NCBI GenBank assembly: GCA_041483895.1
Contig: JBGPGO010000005.1
Location: 168,632-232,631, forward strand
Reading direction: 5' to 3'
From: Fimbriimonadia bacterium
GTDB lineage: Bacteria; Armatimonadota; Fimbriimonadia; Fimbriimonadales; JABRVX01
Length of the DNA stretch: 64,000 bases
This document shows, piece after piece, positions 51,755 to 64,000 of this stretch. Within the stretch, counting starts at the first letter, position 1, and every line of letters starts with the position of its first letter. Under the pieces are notes generated by a model. That model did no database searches. It was not told where the DNA came from and saw nothing but the letters and a program-made list of their open reading frames with translations. A program made the translations under genes and the position numbers.

Positions 51755-52371
51755 ACCATCCCTAGCTTCTGCAGTATGAGCAACGCGATGTACGTGGAAT
51801 CCATCTCGGTATAGCTTGCCACGCGCTCAATCAACCGCGCGACGCTCCGATCGCCCACTTCGTCCAGGTCCTTGCCGACGGTCTCAATCGCCTCCACAAT
51901 CACCCCAACCGCAGTCGTTAGGTACTTAGCCCGATTCTGCGGCAGACTCTTGTTGGTTATCCCGGCGTAAATGCGCGAAAGCTGCTCGTAGGCGCTTTCC
52001 CACGCCTGCTCCTTCAGTTTGACCTCTTTTGCCTTGAAGTATTCTTCCTGCTGAAGCCGCGTGACATGCTCTTCCCGCGTCTTGACGCTATCCCAGTCGG
52101 CCAGGGAGTCTCCGGCGATGATTTCAATTCGGATGGTGCTGATTCCCAGCGCTTTGGACAGACCCTTTTCGATGGCGCGCATTGTCGGGGTGGCCTTCAA
52201 ATGGCCCAACATGCTTGAACTCTGCCCTGGGAGCCCCAAAACGACCGTGTCCCCATCCTGAACAATGGGAACGACAGCGTCCAGGGCCTGCCACAGCGTG
52301 CGGCCCGTGACTTCGTTCTTGATGCCGCTCAGCGATCCGCGCCAAGCTGCTTGAATGTCGGCCATCCACAC
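51751..52371 (-). CDS. Hypothetical protein, possibly with a DnaA-domain-I/DciA-like N-terminus
   Basis: AGGAG RBS; 206-aa ORF. Confidence 0.65.
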   Translation of the reverse strand: MWMADIQAAWRGSLSGIKNEVTGRTLWQALDAVVPIVQDGDTVVLGLPGQSSSMLGHLKATPTMRAIEKGLSKALGISTIRIEIIAGDSLADWDSVKTREEHVTRLQQEEYFKAKEVKLKEQAWESAYEQLSRIYAGITNKSLPQNRAKYLTTAVGVIVEAIETVGKDLDEVGDRSVARLIERVASYTEMDSTYIALLILQKLGMV

Positions 52372-52423
52372 CTCTCCTTGAGACGAAAACGTGGGTCTAT
52401 TATGGCTGATTGGATTGCCCGCA

Positions 52424-52456
52424 AATGAACCGAGGGCCGGGAAACCCGGCCCTCGG
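52424..52456 (-). terminator. Probable terminator after paralog 3
   Basis: CCGAGGGCCGGG-AAA-CCCGGCCCTCGG followed on the minus strand by a T-rich run. Confidence 0.65.
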
Positions 52457-52480
52457 CCAATGCGACGGATTAAGAGGGTT

Positions 52481-54034
52481 CTATGCGTCGCCTGTCTTCA
52501 AGAAGTTCATGAACACCATATTCAGTTCTGTAACGCCCACGACGCCATCTCCGTCCATATCGGGCGAAGGACCGCTGAAACTGGAGAACAGAATGTTGAG
52601 ATCGAACAGATCCACTTGGTTGTTGCCGTCGGCGTCTCCACCCAACAGGGTAATCGACTGATTGGCAACCTGCAGCGTGTCGACAGCGTAGGCAATCTTC
52701 CGCAGATAGTGCGGAACCTTGTAGGTCAGGTCAAATGTGCCCCGAGGCAGCTCCAAGGTGAAGTTGCCGTTAGAATCGACGGTCGCCGGCACGTCTCCCA
52801 TATTCCAGCCGGTGTCCGACTGAATGACATTGACTTTCAGACCCGCATTGGCGACGTCGCCTTGGTACAACTCCAGATCGACATGGCCGGAGATCACCTG
52901 CGTTTGCGGCATGCTGACCCGAATCTCCCACGGACCCGCAGCGGTCGGGATCTGCCAGACGACCCAGCCGTTCTCGTTCATTGTGACCGCTGACGCCGAG
53001 GCGCGACCCGAGCCCAGCACCGACTTCGACAGATTGGTGGTGTTGAAGAACACGTCTTGGATGGCGTCCAGATTGCCACCCTTGCCGGTCCACAAAATGT
53101 CACCCCGCTCGTTCAGCGACCAAGGTATCCCTTCTCGCTTCGTACCCAGCACTGCGGCGCTGATGTTGACATTGTCCAGCCAAACTTCCGAACCATTGGG
53201 CTGATCGTAGGTGCCGTACTGCATCCAGAGAAGCTGATTGGCGTCGTTGATGAAGTACGACCTTGCGTTTTTGTCCGCCCCAATCACGGCGGCACTGACG
53301 TCCGTCGTCCCCTTGAACGCATGATCATGGTCTTTCCCGCCTGTGCTGGCTCCGTACCCGAACCAAGCTGGTACTCCATGATTATTCAGGTCGACGCCTA
53401 CCGCCTTCCGCAACGATCCGCCGAGAATGGACTGCGAATAGTTGGTCGTGTTGATGAACATGTCATAATTCTGTCCGTTATTGTAGCCCTTGCCATACCA
53501 CAGCACGTCCCCACTGTTGTTGATGTCAACGGCAAGCCCATTTCGGTTGTTGCCGAGGCCATAGGAGAGGACGGTGCCGTCCTTGTAGACGTCCTGGGGA
53601 CTTGTAGAAGTCTTCATGCATTGCCACGCCGCGCCGGCCGTCCCGACCTTGCCCACCGAAGCCCAATAGTAACTGCCCACATATTGCTGAGCGATGTCAG
53701 TTGTGCCGACAAACGCCTTGAACCGGTTGCTCGTCGCCGAGCCGTTGCCGCTCCAAGCATAGATGCCTGGGGCGCCGCTCGCGACCTTGGCAAACCGATT
53801 TGCGCCGAGGATGCTGGAAGATAGGTTGACGCCCTGAGCGAACACGTCCTGGTTGTTCGTCGCCAGGTCAACCGCCGAATAAAACAGATCCCCGTTGTTG
53901 CTCAAAACGGATCCGCCGAGAATCGCGTTGATCACCATGATTTTGGCCGTGAGGAACTTCTGGGGGGCCGTATCGGCATAGACCGATACCCCAATTACTA
54001 CCGAGCTGACGAAAACGAGAAAGCTTTTCTTCAT
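52481..54034 (-). CDS. Secreted Trp-repeat protein with C-terminal dockerin/EF-hand-like domain, paralog 3
   Basis: AGGAG RBS; signal peptide; shared repeats; GDADGNNQVDLFDL...DMDGDGVVGVTEL. Confidence 0.8.
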   Translation of the reverse strand: MKKSFLVFVSSVVIGVSVYADTAPQKFLTAKIMVINAILGGSVLSNNGDLFYSAVDLATNNQDVFAQGVNLSSSILGANRFAKVASGAPGIYAWSGNGSATSNRFKAFVGTTDIAQQYVGSYYWASVGKVGTAGAAWQCMKTSTSPQDVYKDGTVLSYGLGNNRNGLAVDINNSGDVLWYGKGYNNGQNYDMFINTTNYSQSILGGSLRKAVGVDLNNHGVPAWFGYGASTGGKDHDHAFKGTTDVSAAVIGADKNARSYFINDANQLLWMQYGTYDQPNGSEVWLDNVNISAAVLGTKREGIPWSLNERGDILWTGKGGNLDAIQDVFFNTTNLSKSVLGSGRASASAVTMNENGWVVWQIPTAAGPWEIRVSMPQTQVISGHVDLELYQGDVANAGLKVNVIQSDTGWNMGDVPATVDSNGNFTLELPRGTFDLTYKVPHYLRKIAYAVDTLQVANQSITLLGGDADGNNQVDLFDLNILFSSFSGPSPDMDGDGVVGVTELNMVFMNFLKTGDA

Positions 54035-54122
54035 CTGCTCCTACCTTTCCGGCTTTAGATAATTCATTAGATTACAGACGGTTGGGAGCACAAGCGCAAC
54101 AAAGCAGGAAACGACCGACTGC

Positions 54123-54150
54123 TTGACAGTCTGGTTTTCGAGTATATTCT
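54123..54150 (+). promoter_or_regulatory. Sigma70-type promoter with no nearby + strand gene
   Basis: TTGACA-16 nt-TATTCT. Confidence 0.45.
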
Positions 54151-54202
54151 ACAGCAAATGGTTCGAAAATGCCAGCACATATCGCATTAATCGATGCATT
54201 TT

Positions 54203-54505
54203 TCAAATTTCGCCCCGATCTGTCGGCATATTTGATACCGGAGAAGGTGCGGACATGATATCCGCCGGGATTCTGCTCGCCGGCTTCAACCGATTACCCG
54301 TGACGATCAACATCAGCTCGACCGAGGTCCGTACCGCCACAGCGACGATCCTTGCCAATTCGGCCTCGATCGACAGATCGGCCCGGCCTTCGAGTTCCAG
54401 TTCCTTCGCCACAAGCCCTTCGAGAACCTCGTAGAAGTCGCGCGAGTTCATCATGCCGAGCAGCTCTAGCCGGGTCATCCCCGGTCCTGTCCACTTGTCC
54501 TCCAT
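54203..54505 (-). CDS. Small hypothetical protein
   Basis: GGAGG RBS and near-consensus promoter upstream. Confidence 0.55.
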   Translation of the reverse strand: MEDKWTGPGMTRLELLGMMNSRDFYEVLEGLVAKELELEGRADLSIEAELARIVAVAVRTSVELMLIVTGNRLKPASRIPADIMSAPSPVSNMPTDRGEI

Positions 54506-54567
54506 GATGGCTTCCTCCGATATCCGCGGATCGCAAACAACTGTCAACAGACGTCAACAACTGCCAT

Positions 54568-54596
54568 ATACTAGCAAAGATACAGAGCTTTGTCAA
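54568..54596 (-). promoter_or_regulatory. Sigma70-type promoter
   Basis: TTGACA-17 nt-TAGTAT with TGn extension; GTCAACA repeats just downstream. Confidence 0.7.
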
Positions 54597-54729
54597 GTCT
54601 GAAGGTTCAACGTCGCATTGGGGAACCGACACCCCGAACGATTTGTCTTATTGTCCGACGAAAAGGTTCACAGAAGGTCCTTCGTGCAGTTGGGATGGGA
54701 ACCTGGATCCAATGGAGGTCTGACGGTTC

Positions 54730-55524
54730 GTGAAGTTATGCCATCGTGGATTTACCCTGATTGAGCTGCTGGTGGTAATTGCCATCATCGCGATCTTGGC
54801 GGCCATATTGTTCCCCGTGTTCGCAAAGGCGCGAGAACAGGCCAAGAGAACACAGTGCACCGCGCAAATGAGGCAGTTGGCGCTGGTTGTCAACATGTAT
54901 GCGGACGACAACAACGCATCTTTGCCTCCGTCGAGCAACTACGGCGTGGATGCTTCCGATCCAAAGCGGATATGGACCCCCCTCGTCCAGCCCTATATGA
55001 AGGACAAGAACATCGTCCTTTGCCCCGCCGCACCGGAGAGCCATTACGCCGATAGCTGGGCCACCCGCAATTGGCAGTCCATCGGCTACACAAACGTAAC
55101 GGCATACGATGCCGCCGGTTGCGTCGAAGGCGAAGTCAATCCCACCGGCTGCGAGGGATTTACAACGACAGTGCGGTTGCCGAAGCTGCAAGAGCCCACG
55201 CGAATCCCCCTATTTGTCGATACGCCAAACGGTGCATTGGCAAAGAAGTACCGCGGCTACTCCTTTAGCCCGTATAACGGCAAAAGCCACCCGACCGATC
55301 CAAGGCTTGGATTGCCGCTCGTTTCGGATCGGGACCTTGTGGCGGAGAATCCGGACCTGGACGCAGCTCTGCTAAAACCGATCTATTGCCGGCACGGCAA
55401 GACCGGAAACGACGACGGAACGGCGACCATTGTGCTAGCGGACGGCCATGCAAAGGTTTACACCGCCAAGTCCATCCTCGCGATGGACAAAGGCGCGAAC
55501 CTGCTCTGGCGATTTCGATACTGA
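54730..55524 (+). CDS. Prepilin-type N-terminal cleavage/methylation protein (DUF1559, H-X9-DG-like)
   Basis: GFTLIELLVVIAIIAILAAILFPVFAKARE; RH...LADGHAK. Confidence 0.92.
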   Translation: MKLCHRGFTLIELLVVIAIIAILAAILFPVFAKAREQAKRTQCTAQMRQLALVVNMYADDNNASLPPSSNYGVDASDPKRIWTPLVQPYMKDKNIVLCPAAPESHYADSWATRNWQSIGYTNVTAYDAAGCVEGEVNPTGCEGFTTTVRLPKLQEPTRIPLFVDTPNGALAKKYRGYSFSPYNGKSHPTDPRLGLPLVSDRDLVAENPDLDAALLKPIYCRHGKTGNDDGTATIVLADGHAKVYTAKSILAMDKGANLLWRFRY

Positions 55525-55585
55525 AAATCAGTGGCCCGCGCACGGCAACTTGCCAGCGGCTCCGGCACGGGCCAATTCTCTGGCC

Positions 55586-56137
55586 TTACTCTTCGAGAAG
55601 AACCAGGTTTCCGTCTTGGCGCCGATAGATGACGCTCACGGCATCATTGCTGCTGTTTCGGAACATGAAGAAGCCTCGACCGATGAGGTCTAGCTGGAAC
55701 GCCGCCTCTTCCGCCGTCATCGGCTTTCCATTCAACCGCCGCTGCTCGACGACGATCGTGCCTTCTTCGCCATCCAGCGTAGCTTCCGGGGCCATATCAT
55801 TGAACTCCGCGAATCCCTCGGGCACCTGTCTGTTTCCACGGCTTTGGTGGTGCTTGATGATGCGCTTGCGGAACTTCTTTACCTGGGTTTCAATCTTATC
55901 GATGGATTTATCGATGGCGATAAGAATCTTGGGATCGGTACTTGAGCCCCGGACGTGATAGCCGTCGGCGTCAATGAGCATTTCGACGTGGTGCTGCCCC
56001 TTCTGTTCGCTGTAAACCACTTCGATGGCAGTGATCTTGTGGAAAAACTTCGAAATTCGGTCCAGCTTTTTCCCCGCGTACTCCTTGGCCCCCTTGGGGA
56101 GTTCTCCGTTAGCGGTTCTCAACAACATCTCCATCAC
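55586..56137 (-). CDS. hpf: Long ribosome hibernation promoting factor
   Basis: AIDKSIDKIETQVKK; KPMTAEEAAFQL...VIYRRQDG. Confidence 0.92.
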   Translation of the reverse strand: MMEMLLRTANGELPKGAKEYAGKKLDRISKFFHKITAIEVVYSEQKGQHHVEMLIDADGYHVRGSSTDPKILIAIDKSIDKIETQVKKFRKRIIKHHQSRGNRQVPEGFAEFNDMAPEATLDGEEGTIVVEQRRLNGKPMTAEEAAFQLDLIGRGFFMFRNSSNDAVSVIYRRQDGNLVLLEE

Positions 56138-57298
56138 CTATCCTCCGACCTGTTTTTGAATCGTAACGACGGCGTATGCGGCGATCCCTTGGCCAGAGCC
56201 AAGCTCCCCAAGACCCTCGTTCGTCGTTGCCTTTACGTTTACCTGCTCCGGCAAAATTCCCAGGGTCCCCGCGAGCCGCTGCCTCATTTCTTGCGTGTAC
56301 GGAGCAATTTTCGGTTCCTCCGCGATCACGGTGCTGTCTACATTTTCGGCAAGCCAGCCCTCAGCGCGTATCCGCTGCCCTACCTCCTTTAGCAGCACCT
56401 GGGAGTCAATTCCTTTCAACTCTGGATTACTGTTAGGAAACAGAACTCCGATGTCCGGCAGTCCCGCCGCGCCAAGCAGAGCATCGCAAATTGCGTGGGT
56501 CAGGGCATCACCGTCGCTGTGAGCCGCCAATCCGCGGGAATAGTCGATGTGCACGCCCCCAAGAACCAACGGTATGCCGGCTTCCAGCCGATGAACGTCA
56601 TATCCGAATCCAGTTCTAACCATGATCGGCGCCCTCTCCATTAAGGAACGTATAATCTCCCGATCTTGCTCCACGGTCACCTTGATATTGCACACATCTC
56701 CCTCGACGACCCGCACCGTACCGCCAATCGCCTCTATCATTGCCGCCTCGTCCGTAAACCTGCCACTCAGCTCCCGATGCGCTCGCCGGAGCCATTCTGC
56801 CTGAACCACCTGAGGCGTCTGCATCCGATAGATTCCGGTGCGATCCAGCGTCTCCGCAACCAGCCAATTATGCACCCGTTTGATCGTTTCTGACATCGAA
56901 ACACCGGGGACGACAGCCGCATCTTCATAGGGGCCGAGGACCCGATCCAGCAACGCGGCAGACAGGTTCGGACGGGCGCAATCGTGAACGGCGATGCGGT
57001 CGGCATCGGTCGGCACACTGGCACAACCCGCCGCGCAGGAAGCCTGTCTCGTATCTCCCCCAGGGACCAATCCGACGATCTTGGGAATGGAATTCAGGTG
57101 GCGCCGAAACCGTTCATGTTGGGATTCCGGAGCGACGACTACGACCCCGGCAATTTGTGGATGCTGCGCGAGCCGCCGGACCGAGTGCAGCCAGAGCGGC
57201 AACCCGGCGATAGGCTCCCACAATTTGTCCTTGACCGGGTCGTATCTAGCGCCGCGGCCGCCTGCCAGCGCTACTGCGTATGTCGTGAGCAGCTCCAT
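56138..57298 (-). CDS. ispDF: Bifunctional IspD/IspF
   Basis: AGGRGAR, GGDTRQAS, VHDCARP, QTPQ; GFGYDVH, HSDGD, VKATTNE. Confidence 0.96.
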   Translation of the reverse strand: MELLTTYAVALAGGRGARYDPVKDKLWEPIAGLPLWLHSVRRLAQHPQIAGVVVVAPESQHERFRRHLNSIPKIVGLVPGGDTRQASCAAGCASVPTDADRIAVHDCARPNLSAALLDRVLGPYEDAAVVPGVSMSETIKRVHNWLVAETLDRTGIYRMQTPQVVQAEWLRRAHRELSGRFTDEAAMIEAIGGTVRVVEGDVCNIKVTVEQDREIIRSLMERAPIMVRTGFGYDVHRLEAGIPLVLGGVHIDYSRGLAAHSDGDALTHAICDALLGAAGLPDIGVLFPNSNPELKGIDSQVLLKEVGQRIRAEGWLAENVDSTVIAEEPKIAPYTQEMRQRLAGTLGILPEQVNVKATTNEGLGELGSGQGIAAYAVVTIQKQVGG

Positions 57299-58376
57299 CC
57301 CCTCCTTCTCGGTTCGGGACGGCGAAGATCATCTTTCCTGCGACGGTCTGAATGACGGAAGTGACTAGCACGCAAAGGGAATTTCCTATCTCGGCGTACC
57401 CGTCTTCCACCACCACCATGGTGCCATCGTTGAGATAAGCGACGCCCTGGCCCGGCTCCTTGCCCTCCCTCATCACCGTGACCGTCATCTCCTCACCGGG
57501 TAAAACGTTCGGCTTCATGGCCAGGGCGAGATCGTTGACGTTGAGAACCCGGATTCCTTCGAGCTCCGCCACTTTCCCCAGATTGAAATCGTTGGTGACT
57601 ACGTCACAATTGAGCGCCTTGGCGAGTCGGACCAAACGCGGATCGACTCCATCGCCGCCATCCGGGGCTAGCTTGTCGTGAATTCGGACTTCAACAATGT
57701 TGTCCTTTTGCATCGAGTTGAGGATGTCTAGGCCGCGTCTGCCGCGCGCGCGTTTGAGGGAATCAGCGGAATCTGCGATCGCCTGGAGCTCATCGAGGAC
57801 AAAGCCGGGAACATAGATTTGGCCGCCCAAAAACCCTGTTTTGACGATTTCCCCGATCCGTCCATCGATGATGACATTGGTGTCCAGAATGCGTATGTTT
57901 CGCTTCTTGGCGGACGGTTGTCCGGGAGACCAAGGCAGCCCGACGCGCAGACTATTGATACCGATGATGAACACGAGGATCATCACTACGGAAGTGAGAA
58001 TGGCGAGAATGGGACCCAGAACGTTGACCCGCAAGAGCAATGGCCATAAGAAGCCGGAGATCCCAATTCCCAAAATGGTGCCGATGACGACGCTGATGCG
58101 CTCGTCCGTCTCCATCTCCTCGATCTTGTCGCCAATATGGGACAGGAGCATGGCGAACTCATGTCCGATGATGGCTCCCGCGAACGTGCCAACCAGAATC
58201 ATTCCAATCTGGATTGGCAATGCTCGGAAATTGGGAACCTCATTCGGTGGCCATCGAAGAACGGCCGTCGCGAGCCATTCCAGCGCCTTGTCGGAATACG
58301 CGGCACAAAGGATGGCCCCGGCGACCATGCACACGCCGATCAGGATCATCCGAATAATTCGCAGTACGCCGCCCAT
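57246..58376 (-). CDS. Membrane PIN/TRAM domain protein (YacL-like)
   Basis: LDTNVIIDGRI, RGRRGLDIL, TNDFNL, QGVAYLNDGTMVVVE. Confidence 0.93.
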   Translation of the reverse strand: MGGVLRIIRMILIGVCMVAGAILCAAYSDKALEWLATAVLRWPPNEVPNFRALPIQIGMILVGTFAGAIIGHEFAMLLSHIGDKIEEMETDERISVVIGTILGIGISGFLWPLLLRVNVLGPILAILTSVVMILVFIIGINSLRVGLPWSPGQPSAKKRNIRILDTNVIIDGRIGEIVKTGFLGGQIYVPGFVLDELQAIADSADSLKRARGRRGLDILNSMQKDNIVEVRIHDKLAPDGGDGVDPRLVRLAKALNCDVVTNDFNLGKVAELEGIRVLNVNDLALAMKPNVLPGEEMTVTVMREGKEPGQGVAYLNDGTMVVVEDGYAEIGNSLCVLVTSVIQTVAGKMIFAVPNREGGDGAAHDIRSSAGRRPRR

Positions 58377-58421
58377 TTTTATGGTCCCCAGCCTCTCGAC
58401 CTTTAGCCCACACCCAACGTC

Positions 58422-58831
58422 TTAGTGCTCGCCCGACATCTTTAGACGGTTCTCGGCCCGCACAATGGCGATCCGGTACTCTTCAATCGCAGGATCCCCG
58501 GCGGGAAGCGCGGCCATCTTCTCCTTTGCCTGTTGGAGAGCGACCCTCGCGCGGTTCGGATCGATTTCGCCGGCCAGCTCGGCGGCATCCGCCAAAACGA
58601 TAGCTTTCCGGCCATCCACTTCCATAAAGCCGCCGCTTATCGCAACCTTCGCCTGCACTCCGTCCGACTTGACGAAACTGAGCGCGCCAACCTTCAACTC
58701 CGTCAGATACGGCTCATGTCCGGCCAAAACTCCCATGTAACCGCCCTCGGCCGGCACCGTCAAGCTGGTAACCAAATCATCGACGACGGTTCGGTCCGGG
58801 CTAACGATGGAAAGCCGAAATGTGTTTGCCA

Positions 58832-58832
<1 letters not shown>
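58422..58832 (-). CDS. atpC: ATP synthase F1 epsilon subunit
   Basis: IVSPDR, GYMGVLAGHEP, ISGGFMEV. Confidence 0.96.
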
Positions 58833-60879
<2,047 letters not shown>

Positions 60880-60904
60880 TTCGTTTCGAATGATACCCAA
60901 GCAA

Positions 60905-61028
60905 CAAAATCAATCCCTTCATAGTGCGACTATGAAGGGATTGATTTTGCCCATTCCATTTTCGTCTCTTCACGGTCAGGGCCCATAAACTGCCTCCCCT
61001 ATCCCTTCACAGTCGCACTGTGAAGGGG
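60905..61028. repeat. Family-C palindromes left of the RAYT gene
   Basis: 60905-60949 (21-bp arms) and 61001-61028 ATCCCTTCACAGT-CGC-ACTGTGAAGGGG. Confidence 0.9.
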
Positions 61029-61050
61029 CGATCTAAGGTACAAAGCTACC

Positions 61051-61617
61051 ATGCATCTGGGAGAGTACAAGCAGTGGCGCAACACGACAATTGGTGGTCA
61101 AGTCGCCTTTGTTTCAACAACGGTGCTCGGCTTTGCCCCTGTACTTCAAACGCCTGCACTCGCCAAAAAAGTGGTCGAGATGCTCGCGAACGATTGCCGG
61201 TTCTTCCAGGTCGCCCTGCACGACTTCGTCGTGATGCCCGAGCACATGCATCTATTTGTAAAACTGCCCGAGGACCTTACGATATCGAAGTTCATGCAGT
61301 CGATGAAACGTCGCAGCGCCAAGGAGCTTCAGCCGCTCGTCCCTGCAAGGCTACGAGACATGATGGCGAAGGATCCCGAACGGGAAGAGCGATCCTTTTG
61401 GAACAAGTCCTTCCGAAGCGTGACCGTAGAGGGCGCGGAAATGATTGCGCAGAAGTTCGATTATATTCATCAGAACCCGGTCAAGCGCGGGCTGGTTCTA
61501 CGTCCGGAAGACTACCTGTGGGGAGGGTGCCGCTATTATCTGGCCGGATTGTGGACCGACGAGTCCGGCCTCGACCTCGACCGACTACTCGCGGCTCTGG
61601 CGCTTCTCAGTATCTGA
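61051..61617 (+). mobile_element. REP-associated tyrosine transposase (RAYT/TnpA-REP, HUH Y1 family)
   Basis: FVVMPEHMHL (HUH), FW...F, DYIHQNPVKRGLV (catalytic Tyr); flanked by palindromes. Confidence 0.92.
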
Positions 61618-61710
61618 CCCTACCGCCTGCAAGACTGGGGCACGAAAGTAGCGCCGATAAATACCCCGTTGCCTTAGGACAAAGGCGCGGGTATGTCCGA
61701 ACGTGGGTGA

Positions 61711-61876
61711 CCCCTTCATAGTGCGACTATGAAGGGATTGTTCGCGCTTGTGGCGATCACATTACGACCGTGAAGGCATGACGACAGTCTCTTCATCCCT
61801 TCATAGACGCATCTGCAACCCATTCTTGCACAACAGAATCTGCAACCCATCCCTTCACAGTCGCACTGTGAAGGGG
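61711..61876. repeat. Family-C palindromes right of the RAYT gene (two full copies, two partial)
   Basis: Full copies at 61711-61738 and 61849-61876; partial copies near 61765-61779 and 61795-61811; 13-nt direct repeat ATCTGCAACCCAT at 61811 and 61838. Confidence 0.9.
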
Positions 61877-61892
61877 GCCACGTGGGGTATAA

Positions 61893-61919
61893 TTGGCACT
61901 CGGCACAAGCGAGTGCCAA
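61893..61919 (+). promoter_or_regulatory. CIRCE operator (HrcA site) adjoining TATAAT at 61888-61893
   Basis: TTGGCACTC-N9-GAGTGCCAA upstream of groES. Confidence 0.95.
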
Positions 61920-61944
61920 ATGCGATTTTCGGGAGGAAATGACA

Positions 61945-62229
61945 ATGCTCAAGCCAATAAACGACCGCGTGATCGTGATGACGGTCGAAAAAGAAGAGAC
62001 ATCCAGGGGCGGCATCCTGCTCCCCGACACCGCGAAGGAAAAGCCGCTCAAGGGCAAAGTGCTGGCCATAGGACCCGGCAAGCTGCTGGACAACGGCAAA
62101 CGCCAGGCGATGGACGTAAAGGTGGACGACACGGTTCTGTACGGCAAATACACCGGCACCGAGGTGAAGGTCAAGGGCGAAGAATATCTCATTCTCCGCC
62201 AAGACGACATCCTCGCGGTCGTCAAGTAG
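61945..62229 (+). CDS. groES: Co-chaperonin GroES
   Basis: LKPINDRV, GGILLPDTAKEKP, YGKYTGTEV. Confidence 0.98.
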   Translation: MLKPINDRVIVMTVEKEETSRGGILLPDTAKEKPLKGKVLAIGPGKLLDNGKRQAMDVKVDDTVLYGKYTGTEVKVKGEEYLILRQDDILAVVK

Positions 62230-62238
62230 GAGGATCCC

Positions 62239-63849
<1,611 letters not shown>

Positions 63850-64000
63850 AGCGCATCGATCCCCTCCCCCGCTTGCTGTTTAGACCGGGGAGATAGTTTA
63901 CTGGTGTTCGGAGACATGGTTTACACATGATTGTCCTGGTTTTTGTCCGTTCTAAGATTAATCTGACCGATCCGTTTGGCGCAAAACCAGATGTCGTACA

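Noticed and set aside
60905..61876. Palindromic ~28-nt repeats as a CRISPR array
   Set aside because: Mixed orientation, irregular spacing, no cas genes; they flank a RAYT.

Overview
This is a GC-rich, gene-dense bacterial chromosome segment, most consistent with Armatimonadota. That assignment is an inference from the DUF1559/H-X9-DG prepilin-like protein, the PEP-CTERM protein, TIGR03790 and the secretin. Housekeeping genes include hrcA, purL, tkt, coaD, rsfS, nadD, obg, tRNA-Ser, hpf, ispDF, atpDC and CIRCE-controlled groES/EL. The window also holds a divergent GH51/GH127 arabinofuranosidase pair and a type IV pilus/T2SS-like cluster led by a GAF/HD-GYP protein. Most unusual observations: (1) a REP-associated tyrosine transposase (RAYT) flanked by a palindrome family with no GTAG/GGAG foot, two copies of which carry copy-specific inverted flanks; (2) REP elements of two other families inserted in frame at three sites of purL, one with compensatory base changes; (3) three paralogous secreted Trp-repeat proteins with different C-terminal modules, two of them behind a PQQ-type propeller gene; (4) a Tat-signal dodecin-like protein; (5) a ~1260-aa nuclease-like candidate defence protein near tRNA-Ser; (6) a catalytically degenerate pgl; (7) many leaderless-type -10 boxes. 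All product calls come from motif recognition by eye; no searches were run.
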